From Phoronis australis (taxonomy: Eukaryota; Animalia; Phoronida), in NCBI GenBank assembly GCA_002633005.1, contig NMRA01000179.1, positions 689,274 through 753,273 of the forward strand: a DNA stretch of 64,000 nt, read 5' to 3'. This document shows, in pieces, positions 23,301-38,300 of the stretch. Below the pieces are notes generated by a model. It saw only the letters and a program-made list of their open reading frames with translations, made no database searches and was not told the origin of the DNA. A program made the position numbers and the translations under genes. Within the stretch, counting starts at the first letter, position 1. Each line of letters starts with the position of its first letter.

Positions 23301-26300
23301 ATTGAATAACGTTTTCCTGTAAAACCATGCTCTCTGTGCCACGTTTACTGAAAGTGTATTTGGCAGGATGAAGTTCAGTGAATTTTAAGTGTACATGTAC
23401 GTGGCAAAGTTTGGACATCAATTATTTCAGAAAACATTTGCTTTTTGGCACGAATATCTCGAATCGCCCATTAGTAAATTCTGGCAGAAAACGACATGCT
23501 CGCTAGAAGTCTTAACAAAGCGCCCAGCCGCAAACCCGGGTAAAAAAAAAAACGTACATGTATGCACATGTGCATGCCCACTACGCTATCCACTATAACC
23601 ACGTTAGCCAGACATCAACCGGTGAGTAATCCCGTACAATGACACAATTGGGTTACATCAATATCATAGGTCAAGTTTATTGGGGATATATGTAAACGTC
23701 TTAATTCGCATTTTTGAACGTGACAACTCTCAAAAAGTGATCGATGGCTGTATTTTTTTGCTTCTAATATGACTTTGCCATTAAAATAATATAAGATTTT
23801 AGTCGGCTGATAATCTCTAGAATTACCATTTGTGAATGGAATGATGCACTAGACCGCCAAGCAAAGTGGTTAGAACATTTTTCGTTTTTGTTTTCTTTTG
23901 ATTGTATCGGTCTTTGCACCCTACCGATTGCAATTGTTATCAGCTTAAAGGGAAATTTACACTAATGTGTCTCGTGATTGTCTCAGAGGCAATTGTTTTG
24001 GTAGAAATTGGAAGCAAGATGGAGGCCATTTTTCCTTCTTTGTTTGCGATGCCGTAGCTCCGTGTTTCTGGTGGGATTTTACTAACTCTTCTGTAGAAAG
24101 ATCTTTCCAAGGGCTATCGCAGATGTGTCAGTTGTTATTCCCCAGGTCTGACCGTTCTCGAGTTATTCAATACAGGAGTGTTCTTCACTGAATTGGGTCA
24201 TCGTGTCCCCTGATTGATCTGTCTAAGGCTTGATACGTGGATAGATCTTTTCGAGAGCTATTAGGGTTTTGAAACCGGTTCTTCCTAAGACCTTCTTCTC
24301 GAGATATTGTTGCTTATATGACTGTTTTTGTTGACTGTGCTTCGTTAGCCCATCATACTTGTGATAGAGATTGCATTTTTTCGTCTGATCTACATGGAAT
24401 TTACGTACAGTGTTTACTACTTTTATAACACGAGGACTCATATTCTTAAGCGGAACCAGACTCAACATGTCGCTTTGACAGACATTTTTCGAATCAGTTG
24501 TATGACTGCTATCCAGTGACCATTTTTTTCAAATTTGGTATGTAAATACATGTAGATTTCCCCATAGGCTATCTGGCATTTGGTTTAATATGCGTCGCTG
24601 TCACGGTTGTTGATATTCTCGCTTTCGTCATCGACCTCCCCTAGCAATAAGTCTTTGGTTTTAAGTTATTGGTTCATGCAAATCTACAGCATTAGGTCTA
24701 CACATCTGTAAAGTAGTTCATGTCTGCTCAGAAATTGGCTTGGCAATCACTTTTGGGTTTCATAAAGTGTCCAATTGTGTGTAGCATATTTTTGAAATTC
24801 CAAAATACCTGGTTACCATGACAACAGAGCACAAGTTTGCTACCTCTTTTCATGTTTGGATGCTGACTAAAATGACTTGAACACGGTTGCCTGAATTTTA
24901 ATATGATTGCCATCGAGCCTAAAACTTGTGATCTTGACCGTGAAATACTTGGTTATCGTAATAAAGGTACACTGTACCCCATTCAGCTTAGTACGTGTCA
25001 ATCTACAGTGTAAGTACTTTCGACAAGGTTGCCTGACTCTAACATGAACTTGCCTTCAAACCAGAATAGACGATTTGAATGGCAAAATTCCGGGTTTGCT
25101 GTGGCATCGGTGCATAATTCAGCTTGAACATACCCATAATGCTGCACTGATGATCTTTGAACATGGTTGCCTGTTTCGAAACCTAAAACTTGCTGATTTC
25201 GGCCTGCTAACTAAGAGGTTACTAATCCATGGTGTTTCATTTTTAAATTACAATCAAGAGGATAGCCTTTGGCTTTAGATTAGACCTACACACTGACCGC
25301 TCCTGCTAACTTCTAGACGCCTAGCAACGAAGGAGCCGGTGAGTTCGCCTACTCGATTTCTGTTGGCTTTGACTGCCGGCCAGGTAAATGGTTAACTTAT
25401 GCGTAAGAGGAATGTGGGGATGAAACAAATCGGATTTTGGTAGATTCTGACAAGGAGAATGAAGATGAAACTTTTATACCTGCTCCACAAGATTCAGAAT
25501 GTTTCTCATCTAAATTACTACCAAAGTACATAGTTATGTAGTCAATTACTAAACGGAGACTCAATGGTTGTCCATTCACAGCGCAACAGGTAACCACAAG
25601 GCAAATTTCCTGCTCGTTTTGATTTTAGGTGATCATACCTTAATCAGAATTACCCAATGACCATCCTTGTTTCCAATCTTGTTTAAAAATTCTGTGGCCA
25701 AACTAATGACAAAGAAACGAGAAATACCAAAAAAAGGTATTTTGGCTCTAGATCTGGTTTGTCTGCGTATTCCCGAGGTTTTAAGACAGGGACTCTGGTC
25801 CTACGAAAAACAATGAAGGTGGAGTACAGCGCTGNAGAATGTTTCTCATCTAAATTACTACCAAAGTACATAGTTATGTAGTCAATTACTAAACGGAGAC
25901 TCAATGGTTGTCCATTCACAGCGCAACAGGTAACCACAAGGCAAATTTCCTGCTCGTTTTGATTTTAGGTGATCATACCTTAATCAGAATTACCCAATGA
26001 CCATCCTTGTTTCCAATCTTGTTTAAAAATTCTGTGGCCAAACTAATGACAAAGAAACGAGAAATACCAAAAAAGGTATTTTGGCTCTAGATCTGGTTTG
26101 TCTGCGTATTCCCGAGGTTTTAAGACAGGGACTCTGGTCCTACGAAAAACAATGAAGGTGGAGTACAGCGCTGCATAGTCCCTCCAGGACATTTTGAGAA
26201 TGAAGTATGATTTATTTGTCGCTAATTGAGTAAGACGAATTTTGCAAAAACACCCGATTCCAACATCCTAGGGGATCTTTGAGTTACCTTAGCGTCGCCT

Positions 26301-29300
26301 CAGCAGAGAATAACTCGTATTATTTCAGTACTCAGTCAAGCAAACATGCGTCCAGTTGTGTGAACGAAAAGAAGACGGGTTGCATTTTTTCCAAGCATAA
26401 CTGAAATAACGAAGAGTGTAAACGAAATCTTTCCGCCATAGTTTACTATCATTTGTCGTAAACTTTATTTCACCAAGAACCAGTTGCAAAACATTTTGTT
26501 CTCTTTTCAAACGTTGACAATGTTTTGATGGCACTACTTGCTCACCAAACAATACATTTACGCACCATTTTGTTTATCCATTCATAGACTGGATCGTTCT
26601 CAGGAGCGGCTAAAGTCATTCCTCGATAGGCACACACGTCTCGCGCTTCGTGCCACGTTGAGGGAAGAGATTGAAACAGGTAATAATATCCTTCGTGCTG
26701 CCTCAGAAACGACTCCACCCCTAAAATGAAAAACAACAATGTTACTTAATTTGGCACAACTTACTATGCCAAAGCAATGGACTGAGTAATTTTTAGTGGG
26801 GTTGGCTCGTGTGGATTTTCGATTTGACCAGAAGTGCATGTATGTAACCCCAAAATATGCTATATTATACAAAAAATTGGCAATCCCCAACAAAGCCGAG
26901 TGACTAAGTGACTCAGGCATTTGGTAAAGATGGCCCACACTGGCGTTCCATTAGTGCTAATCAAAGCAGGTATAAAAAGTCAAGATCTATTCTGCATTTA
27001 AAATTCGGCCCGTTTCATGACACATTGTACTTCTGTAGATGTGTGCTATTCCCGCTGTAGTCAAGGGTTTGTTTATCAAGAAAACTGATCTAGGCTTCTA
27101 TTGTGCGAAATAGAGCCATTGCCGCTTTACAGCTGTTTTAACGACAATAAAATAAATAGAGAATCCTATACGAGTCTCAGGTTTTTGGTAGGGTTTGTAT
27201 TCTCACGTGAACCGTAAAAACAATATTTTGCCGAAAAACTCGACGTGTCTATAACTTTCAACACAACTTTTGTAAAAACACGTTTCGCAATGTAAAGTAA
27301 TTCAGTTACTTTTTGTTAATAGTTTATTTTAAGCTTAACAATTGTAAATTGCATTCAGCGTTCTTAGTAAATATTCTAGTCAGAATATGATAAACAGTCT
27401 TTGAAGTTGTAATATTAAAACTTAAAAATGTTGATAAATAACTGTCAGTAAGGCTTCCCCGCGCTTGAGCACTGAATTGACCTGGAGACAGCACAGATAG
27501 ACAGTCTCGCCGCGTTTTTTGAGTTGGGCCTCGTCTCGTTGATATGGAATTCGCCGCCGAAGACGGGTCCGTTTAAGAATTTGTTTGTCCTTCCGAATGG
27601 GAATACGTAAGTGGCGGATCTAGGATATCACTAGAGGGGTTCCAACATTTTGTTTGTAAACATTTGTTCCAAGCACGATTGTAGATGTGCATAGCACCGA
27701 ATGGGGGGAAATATCCTGGGCGGGAGGGGGCAAACCCCCCTCTCGCCCAGGATATTTTTCTGTTTTTTTTCTCTAAAAATCAAGCATTTTCCTTGATTCC
27801 CGAAGTATTTCCAAGAAAAAAAGGCAAAAAACGAGGAAAGTCAACCAGCAAAAACTGCAAGTTTCACGGATTTAAAACGACCCAGCGGATAGAGCGCGCG
27901 TGCTTTACCACTGCACCACCACGATTTAACTCCTAATCTTAGACCTACTTACTTATGGTCCACAGCGTTTGCGCGCGAAAACTCCTTTTTGTAATGCTTA
28001 TTACATGTTTTATAATTTTGTGCAATCAGTTCGTAACAAATTTGTTATATTTAAAATAATCTTCGATTGCCCAAAAGGCCAAATGCGTTTTTTGTGTTGG
28101 CATTAATGACGCGATTGCTTTGGAAATCGTTTTAAGTTAAGGTTTGACTAAGAGAGAATGATGAGTTTCTGAGTGATTCACTATAGCTTCGATTAAAACT
28201 GACATCTTACCAGCAGCTTCTGTTTTTTCACCATCACTCAGATTCCAGTTTCTTTAAAAAATGAAGTAATTTTCTTCATTGCACAGTAGAGCAGACGACG
28301 GAAACGGAGTCGTAGTGCCCAGCGCCACAACCGGTCGCCTGAGATATCGCTGGAGAGCCTCTACTTAGCCACAGCTCCGTTACGATTGCGCCGTTTTCCG
28401 AATTTGACACTTTAAATTGGATCTGAGCCCCCCCCAAATATTAAAACTGTACACATTTAAATCTTGTTTCAGCCATATAATTTTAACTACCGGGGTTAAT
28501 TGACAAACTTAACATTTCCCTACGCTCTTGCTGTTTTATTTTTGCAGCATCCAGTGGGGAGGCGAACCCCCTGCCCCCCCCCNTACAGTTGCGACACCCA
28601 ATTTGTCAATCGTATTTTTGTCACCTTCTTGGAATACCGGCATTGTTTGGTTGGCGCAGGTTTGGTGTTTTAATGTTTTACAGACAACAAAATGTAAGGC
28701 GTATAAATTTTTGCTCTGCACTACTTTGAGATTCGCCCATGTAATATAAAAATACGTACTCGGTGTTATTAACCAGTCGTGTCGTAACACATGCCAGGTA
28801 ATGTGAGATACTGATTTATCGTGAGCTGAAACTAGTGATTTTTCGAAGTATTTTGCTTGTTGATCAAATCTTGGCCACATAATCAACAGAAATCTATATA
28901 ACGAAAACAAGACTGTATTATACCCGATGATGACATTGAGATACATGTATAACGAAACGCCGTAATGTACATACGACTAAGCACTGTGTCTTAATTGCAT
29001 TGCTTCTGAAAGTAAATACGTACCGTGTAATTACGAGAGTCGATTCGGCAAGTTTGAAAGCCAAGAACATAAAAAACAATGCAACCAAATCAAATAAAAT
29101 CAAAGACGTACGTGTACCAATGTCAGAAATGTTGGTCTCGACAGAGCACAATCGTCTCATCAGCACTTCAGGGAATGGCAGATTAAAGCTTTTTGAAAGA
29201 GTGCGAGGAACCGACGAATATGTAATTAATGTCTCCAGTAAGTACAATTTGAAAAAAACGAGCTGTTAACTAATGTACATGTAGTATCTCAAAGCTACGT

Positions 29301-32300
29301 GGAGTATATTGTAAAAAGCAAATAATGTGAGATTTTGTTGATTCACGTTAACGTACTGTCTCCCTAAGTTAAATAAAACTTTGGTAGCCGCTCGTGCAAC
29401 CTTCCGCGACGATAACACGCTCACAATCCACTAATTCAGACCCTGTTCTTACACCACTTTATGTTCTTAACCGGTAGACTTGAGCCAGAACGAGTTTGCG
29501 ATTTGGTAACTTCTTATGGCAAAGTCCTTTAACGAATCAAAATAAAATGTGTAAAAAGCGTAAAGATACATCTGCTGTCATAGGTCGTGAGTCGAAGGAG
29601 TTGTGGGGTTCGTGGGTTGAACTGGTCGTGGGTTGAGTGTGTCGTGGGGTGTGGGAGTTAAGGGGGTTTTAGAACAATCCCCATGACTGCCAGCTTGTGT
29701 CTGACAGTCTACAGAGTTGACCTTTGGTTTTACTGTGGTCAGATCAAAGATAGAATATATCGGGACAAAACTAATAATACAGAACAATCAGTTTACATAA
29801 AGATGCCAACCTGTTGTAATCATTCCTGTATCGCACACGTAAGTTATCTCCGCCTTCGCTGGGCGGCATTTGGAGCAGAATAACGACTGTTTATCCACCA
29901 ATTCCACGTAACAATGTGAGTAGTTGGAGCACTCCTTCTGTACTTCGTCCGTGACATCGACACACATGGTGTATTCCTCATGGATGTTGGTCGCGCAAAT
30001 TGTGGAATTTAGCACCTCGATCAACCCATCAGGTTCAAACTGATGGCTGCTGGCACATGACATTTCAAAGTATAGGCCTCCGTGTTTTTTGCGCTTTTCT
30101 AAAGAATACATAAGAATGATTTTCTGTTTTAATGACGAGGAAACAGTCATCATTTACAAGTTGCTACAGAACGCAGTCAATTCCCGGCTGGCGATCCCGG
30201 AACATGCGTTTTCTAAGTGATCACAGCTTAGGCTAAACCTTAAATTTGAATCCGAACCTGTGCGCATTTTTTGATAACTACAATGTACGTCACCATCTTT
30301 ACCTACTTTTTCGCGATTAGTCTAGTCACACGGACATTAGTAACGCGGAGACAGCTGATCTCATGTGAGTTTTAATTGCCAATTTATTATATGAATTTAT
30401 TAAATTTATGCAACGTTTTTAATGTTTTTAGAAAGTTTAGCCAACCAGGAGAAAATTTAACCGTTATTCTGACAAGTTATTTAGCAGTATTAAGTTTGAC
30501 TCTCGTGAGAACAACTGGAAGTTACACACGTAAGTTCCAATTAAAAATATTCCGTGACACTTGCATTGTTTGTAATGATTATCAAAAAATGAAAAACTGG
30601 CGATTTCCAAGAGTTTACGTCCCATTTTTTCATCTTGCAATATGTTAAAATGATACCAAACTCGGTTTTGATCTATCAACAGATATTAAAAAGGACTTTC
30701 CAATACAATTCTCTAAAGCAAAATCGAATGCTCTGTGACCTTCGAAACCCCTCACGAGATTGAAGCAGTCTTTTAAATGGAAAAGCGTGACCAACGCCTA
30801 AACTTAGTTACTCTACAAAGACCACCAATAAAGAATGATAACAAATATATGGGACAGAATGTACATGTATGTGGTTTCAGTTAAATTCTGCTATTGTCGT
30901 TCATGTGAGGATAAAGTGGTGCATTAACGGGTGTCAGAGCGAGGATTGGTTGAAATAACCACAACAGTGTTTACACTGTATGTCCTTTTAATAGATATTA
31001 CTTGATTTGGGTTCTTGATTTCTGAGCTTGTGATTGGCAAAAGAGGCACATCTTACTGAATACTGCTTTAATAGAACATAAAAATCTGAGGTTTTTTAAT
31101 AAAAATTTAGCCAAATGTCGGATTTTTTCGAATATCAAATGCCTGAAGATACACCTAGCCCCCTCCCNTGCCACTGTTGTTACGGAACGTGGCCTATCAA
31201 TACATGTAGATTACTAGCTGGAACCCGTGCAAGCTAGGAATACCAGCTAGTGTAAGGGAATCAGCTTTCACTGTACATGTAGTTACGCAAGATATGGAGT
31301 TTGCCCTGGTGATAAGTGCTTAGTATAAATATTCCGTAACAGCTGTGGTGTTCGCAATGCTATTTACTTATCATTTGTTATGGTCATTATTTTTTTCTTA
31401 AAGGTTTCATTTCTTTTGTTGAACGTCCATGTTTACAGTTTTTTCGCCGTACACAAATGTGATGTTGATAATACCACGAAACACATGTACCTACACGCAA
31501 TATTATTACCATACAGTGCCTCGAATTCACATGTACAAATATATTCATGAATGTACGTTTCACGTTTGTACTGTAGCTGTACATGTAGTTATCAAAGTCC
31601 CCAATCTAATTGTCTCTATACTATTCCCATCACAGTAGAGCGTGGAGTCGATTGCTGTGGGGACATATTGTGGCAAAGAGAACGCAGTGGCTTTGGCATC
31701 TGTAATACGTACAGCAGCTTCTTCGAGACACGTCTCACACCCCTATCTCCCAACAAGCACGCCTCTCTTAACGTTTCCACTACCTGACCTCTACTGTGCG
31801 CAGATCTTAAATGATATTTGACCCGATACAAGGAGGAGTAGTGTTTGTAGGCAAAAAAGTTCAATGTTCTTCAGACGAAAGTAAACACGGCCTCTCTTTT
31901 CCTATTATGAAGATGAAGTTTTGCAGTTGAACCAGTAATCGAGGTCTTTAATCACTTATACACAAAAAGGTATTTCCAATATCGAGGTGTTTTTGTAGTA
32001 ACCGCTACCTGTAAAAGATAACAGAACATATACAACACAAGATCAAGCACAATTGGTAGCCATTTTGATATGCTTGTACCAGTGTTCTGCACGACCAGTT
32101 TTAACCAGTAGCTTCAACAGGTTTGCCGATACTCAAGTTTAGGTAACCTGCAACACATAACATTCAACATGCAAGTGTCATACATGAAAATTAATGCAAT
32201 TCTGTATTTGATCAATCTTATTTCATAACTTGGTAACTGTTGACTTAGTAATGAAACTAAAACAGTATCAGAAAGGACAATGAGTTTTTGTCACACGGCC

Positions 32301-35300
32301 ACTGATATGCAGTAGATTTTGGGAACTTAGTTGAGTCATTATTTGGGACTGTTTCATGCAACCGGCCACAGGAAGACTAGAAGTACATGTATGAGCCATG
32401 AGTCAGAAAATGCAAGTGAAATTGGCAGTGAGAAGAGTTATTCGTTGGTTTCTGATGATAAAATTCCTGACACGGAACCCTCGTGGTTTGCTACGGTCCG
32501 GGTCAAGGTAAACTCTACCATAAAGAACTTGGAGAACTTCACTTATTCTGTGGACTTCGTAATCAACACTGCCAACGAAGCCCACAGACGGTCCAAGAAA
32601 AATGAAGAACTCGTTGAAAAGGGGGGTTGGAGTGCCAAAAATTCAACAGAGAATTGCCAGAAAAGTGTGTAAATTTAGCATGCCACTTAGGACGCAGCAA
32701 TTTGCTGTGTTTAGGGCTACAAGAGGAAGAAGTCAAGTGCTGTGAGGATGTTGCACAGGCATTTATTATTAAGAAATTAAGGCTTCAATTGGATAAAGTA
32801 TGTTTCAGTCAAGTAAAAAGCGAAACCAAGACCAATTACAGCGACACTCGCTTTCTAGAAGCAAAAGGAATGTGTTCTCGGTTTAAGTTGAAATGCACAG
32901 ACTTCTATGTGAGTGGGGTTTTCCCCACAAGCACATGGTTGCTAGTAGAAAAGTACTATTTCAGTACGTCAAGGCCGCAAATGTTTTGAAAATGAAAGCC
33001 TCGCTGAAAAGATTCAAACTGCCCATTGAGGAAAAAGATTACACAATCAATATCAATATCAATATGAATCAATAAAAATAGAAGTATTTCAATTACTGTT
33101 TCAAAAAAAAAGAATCAGTTCATGAAGAGTTAATGCAGGAATGCAATGGCACCAAAAATTTCAGAAAATTTTGTAAATTGCGAAAAGATTAAAGAAGGTG
33201 GGAAGGCAAAAAGTACTTCTGTGGCTTGGAAAAACGAAGCTTTGTTAATGCAACAATAGCTAGAGTGATCAAGCTCTCTGGTGAAACTTTGACGAATCAA
33301 ATAGAAAGTTGAAGAGAATTATTAAAAAAAAAACAAAATACTATATGCTTTTAGAGTCAACGAATGTGGAATGAAAAATATCAATGATATTGTGGAAATT
33401 GAAAATATCCAAAAATTTATTGACGTCGATCGAGCAAGTCTAGATGCTGTTATTAGTCCATGAGAAATAAACGTTACTTCAAAGAGCATTTGGAGAGTTT
33501 CTCGCTTATACTGGTCACCGCTCAGACTCTCTTAGCCCCACACAACTTTTACCATGCCTATGCAACACGTGCTTTCTATTGATGTAGGCCTAGATCTGAG
33601 CTAATGAAGTGGAAAGGTAATAGACGTGATTTTTCCTGGGGTTTACAGGTTAGACGGGGGGGCGGGGTGTTTTGACCCCAGGGTATAAAACCCCAAAAAT
33701 GAACTTGCATAAAAGAGGAAATTCGAAAAAAAATCATTACTGCTATGGATAAAGCATTATTTCAAATAAACAAAAATACCAGTTATGACATGAAAAACTT
33801 CTGTGTTGTTAATTGAGACAATTATTAATTAATGACCAATTAACGATTCTTTAAACTTTTTAAGAGCAACGGGAATTCTTTTTCCAAAAGATTGTTTTGT
33901 AACTCTGGACACCATATGCACAACTTACTGTAATTCCTAATTTTTCCTGGTGTTTGCAGATAAGACAGGGGTGGCTGGATTCCAAGGGACAATACTGAAC
34001 TTGCATAAAAGGGAAGTGCAAACATTTTGATTGATGCTTTAAATAACATTTTTATTAAAAGGGAAAAAGTCATTCGCAACTTAAGATATGAAAAGTGTTG
34101 GGGGTTTTAATTAAGAACCAATAATTATCGAGCAATTAATTATTTATTTAATCGCAAGAAGCCACGGATGAACCAGTTTCAACACCCAGATACCAAGTTT
34201 AGCAAGCTTCCTGAAATTTCTGGTCGTGCACTATTCCTTGTACCCCACAACCTCAATTCAGAAACTACGCTAATGTGGGTTGGATTTCACGCATGTCTTC
34301 ACTAAGATAAGTTGTCAAAGCAAATTGTTGATTGTATGCCGAAACTGAGCCAACCCGTCACCAAAAAATGACGTGGACACATGCGCACATCTCTGAAGTG
34401 TGTGGAGGAATTCTGACAGTTGTATGGTCTGTTTACATACAATCTAGATGTTGCAAAGACTGCACATTGAATCCAAGTCACCAATCAGCCGGATTTCAAA
34501 AAAGTCTTAATAATTTTTGGGGTATTCCACATTCTTATTTGTTATTTTGAGCCATTGGAATGTTTATCCCAGAATCGGGTGGACCATCAATGTTAACAGA
34601 CTCGAGTGTATTAGCAGCGAGATCTCTGAGAGTCTTCATAGAATGCTTAAACTACATTCGGTGTAAATGACTTCACCCAATGCTTGCCTTGCGTTGAAAA
34701 CGTTACTTTTCCGACGGTTCAGGAAGGAATATGGTAAAGCAGGCTTGGTTCTCCTGGAATTGCAGAATGTTCCCCTAGAAAAGAGGACAGATGTTCATGG
34801 TATCTGTAGCTCAACACTATTGTAAGAGCTTTTTGAAGCTTTTGAGAGGTTTTAGAAGAGCGTTGGAAATGAAGATCTTGGTTGAACAGCATACTTTTGG
34901 GCAAGGTATATTCTAATACATACATATCTACCACACTGTTGAACGCGCAGTTAGAGGAACATACATTGATCTCTTAGCCACCATGTTGACACCAATTACT
35001 GGTCCGTTTTTGCAACAAACAGACAGGACTGTGGACACTGGATGTCAAAATACCGACTTGTCTTGATGACTTTAGATACATGTAGTTCCCATCCTGGAGG
35101 CTTTTTCAGTCAGACGATCGAAACATGATTTTTTCGCGAATGCTGATGCCGCTTCTCGAAAGACGGGATATACATGTACATTGTCCACAAACAACTACAG
35201 TTCAAGAGTACGGTGGAGTGTCACCAAGAGCAGCCAAGCTGCGTTTGTGAATGCAGCTCTCATTATGGTCGGATTGGGGAATAGAGGAGACACTCAAACT

Positions 35301-38300
35301 GACATTAGTCCAGCCAGAATAACAAGGAAAGAGAATGACGATCTGTAGAAGATCATCAAGCAGATTGATTCTAGTGCCAATCCTTTCACACTTGATCCAA
35401 GCTTCCCTCTCATCCACGTCAGCACTGGAAATTGTGTAACAGATGTCACGAGTGCATCACTGTTAATCATTCCAGAAGGCGGCAAAAACAGTACAAGAAG
35501 GCCTCGAAAGTGCAGAGAGCTTCGAAAAACAATTTCGTAAAAATCCTCTTCGTACCTTTGTTAATGAGTGTGTGACCAATTGAAAATCAAACAAAATCGC
35601 AAGATGTACTGATGTACTTCTTGGCGGCATTGCCTTTACATCACCAACAAGTGACATTGATCTCGAGCATGTATCCTCATTTCCTCTGACACCAGTACCA
35701 CTGTCAATGTGTAACAATGATGGGATGATGGCTTACACAGATAAAAGCAAATTGCAATTTGTTCCAATTTCTAGAAAGCACTGTCAGTGACCATGGCAGC
35801 CGATCTTGTCTAGGTATTCATTTTATTGACGGCAATTTTCAGTTCCACTGCCTGTCGTCAGATCAGCCTGCAACGTATGTGGAGCTGTTACCAGCTTCGC
35901 GTATACGTCAAATAAACGGCCATCTACAAAAGGACAGTGAGGAAGAGCGCAGAGAAGCGGTTGTAGGAGGGGAACTTGTTACAGAAGGACCTGAAACAAC
36001 TCGAGAAGGAAGCGTTTAAACGAGAACAACCCGCCTTTCTTAGCAAGGATTAGTTGAGCAACTTCTACAGCCCACTTGTAGATGGATGGAAAAATGTTGG
36101 CGGTGACTTTCGCATCATTTCGTTCACTGGAGAACAAATGCATCCTGCGTACATTCCACAGGTTCAAGTCGAAACAGAGCCAGATGACAACGGTGGCGAT
36201 GCTAAGACATGATGGTATAGAGTGATGTGGACAAAGATCATGATCTTCTACCGAGAAAAATGAATCGTCTGGCAAAGAAAGTGACGACCATCACGAACTA
36301 GATGGTTGCAGTTACACTAGAACAGAGCAAATTACCTTTTGGATTTCAGTTTAATCACATGAACAAATAGTCATGCATCACAATCCCGTGTACTGCCACT
36401 AGACGTGATTCAACTAGCTCAGCTTTAACCTAAATTCAGCTTAGTGTCCCCAAGGGTATTTTATGATTCCGTTTTTTTACACTTGTATTTGAGAGTAAGC
36501 CGTCAATTGGTAGTTCATTAATAAGTTTTGTTATTAATAACACCCGAATGTTTCATGTCTATAGTTGTATTCTGTCTATAGTAGTAATCAAAATTGCATT
36601 TCCTCTTTTATAGAAGTTCATTTTTGGGCCTTCTCTTCCCTCAGGTACCAATCTGCAAACCCCAGGGAAAAGTGCGTCTTAAGTTGTGGATATGGTATCC
36701 AGAGTTACTAAACTGTCTTTTGGAAAAGAATTTTTGTTGAACTTAAAAAGTTTAATAAACAAATCGTTAATTGATCATTAATCAATTAGTGTCTGAGGGC
36801 CAACATGGAAAGTGTGAAATAATGGGGCTACCCTCATTGTAAATATTATAATAATGAATAAATAAATGAATAAACAACAAAAAAGGTTTTCATGTCATAA
36901 CTGGTATTTTTGTTCATTTGAAATGATGTTTTATCCATGGTATTAATTAAAATTTTCGCATCTCCTTTTTTATAAAGTTCATTTTTCGGGTTTTCTTATC
37001 CCCTGGGGTCAATACACCCGTCATCTTATCTGTAAATCCCAGGAAAAATCACGTCTTAAGTTGTGGATATGGTGTCCAGAGTTACTAAACTATCTTTTGG
37101 AAAAAATATTATTGCACTCAAAAGTTTAGATAAATCGTTAATTGGTCGTTAATTAATAAGTGTCTTAATTAACAACACAAATAGTTCTTCATGTCATAAC
37201 TGGTATTTTCTTCATTTGAACTAATATTATATCCACAGTAGTAATAAAAATTTTCGGATTTCCTCTTTAATACAAGTTCATTTTTGGGGTCCTCTTATCA
37301 CTTGGGGTCAAAACACCCCCCCCCCCAGTCTTATCTGTAAACCCCTTAAAAATTGCGTCTTAAGAGTGAAGTACGGCTCACAGCAGGCAAAAATGCCCAG
37401 AGGGGTGATAAACCCAATGTCACCGAATTGAACCATACTATGCATTTTAGTTACCTTTGGGATGATAAACAAAACAGTAAAGTCCAATCTCATTTTACCT
37501 TGTTTAAGGGGGAGAAATCAGGGAGCCTCTATTTTGGGGGTATGCCATGCAATGAACTCGCCGAAAATGCCTTATTTGCACTGCACAATAAAAAATATCG
37601 GCGCACGAGATCATTATCTGTTTGTAATTTTTAAATAAAGCAAGTCTTTGGCTTTACAAAGATGTTAAGCAATACTCATTAACTCTGCCGCTAAGTTAAA
37701 AATTTCATGCATAAAGTATAGAGGGGTCAGAGGTTAACAAGGCATTGCAATTTCGCCACACTTTGAGCCCGTATATCTCAGCTGGCACAACACTGACCAA
37801 CACCAGACTTTTACACAAGACGTTTCTATCTTATTGCTGTTGATTAGTACAATAAAATTTTCTGGCGCTGAACATTTTTCTATACAAATTGCAAGATTGC
37901 GACAACCACCTGAGTAGAAATTACCTTCAATACCGATACCTGTTTGGAACATTACAACACCAGTAAAGTGCATAGTTTTGATTCAAAAGTTGATTTATTA
38001 ATATTTAGTTATGTGTCATTAAGTCAGGCGCAATTTTTTAAGGTATTTTTCCTTTTTAATTAAAATTCCGCGTTTTTCGTAAACCCAGTGTCCAACAACA
38101 GGTGTCACTTTAGTGGTGGCAAAATGGTTCCGGTTGGCGAATCCTGACTTGCTGTGTTATCTGCTAGAATGATGGAGTGTGATGAAGTGTATGGAACCTC
38201 AAAAGAATGTCCTCGGCACGTGTGTGAAATCTTGATGCGGCATATAGTGAGTAGCAAACCACCGCACCTACAGACTGTGCGGCAACTGATTTTGGCGAGA

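Noticed and set aside
25496-26173. Recent tandem gene or segment duplication (duplicate MVTCCAVNG ORFs)
   Set aside because: Virtually identical copies abut a single N, which is typical of an unmerged contig overlap.
23944-26292. Possible Kolobok-type element starting TTAAAGGGAAAT, with internal GGTTGCCTG motifs
   Set aside because: No convincing matching end or second TTAA found.
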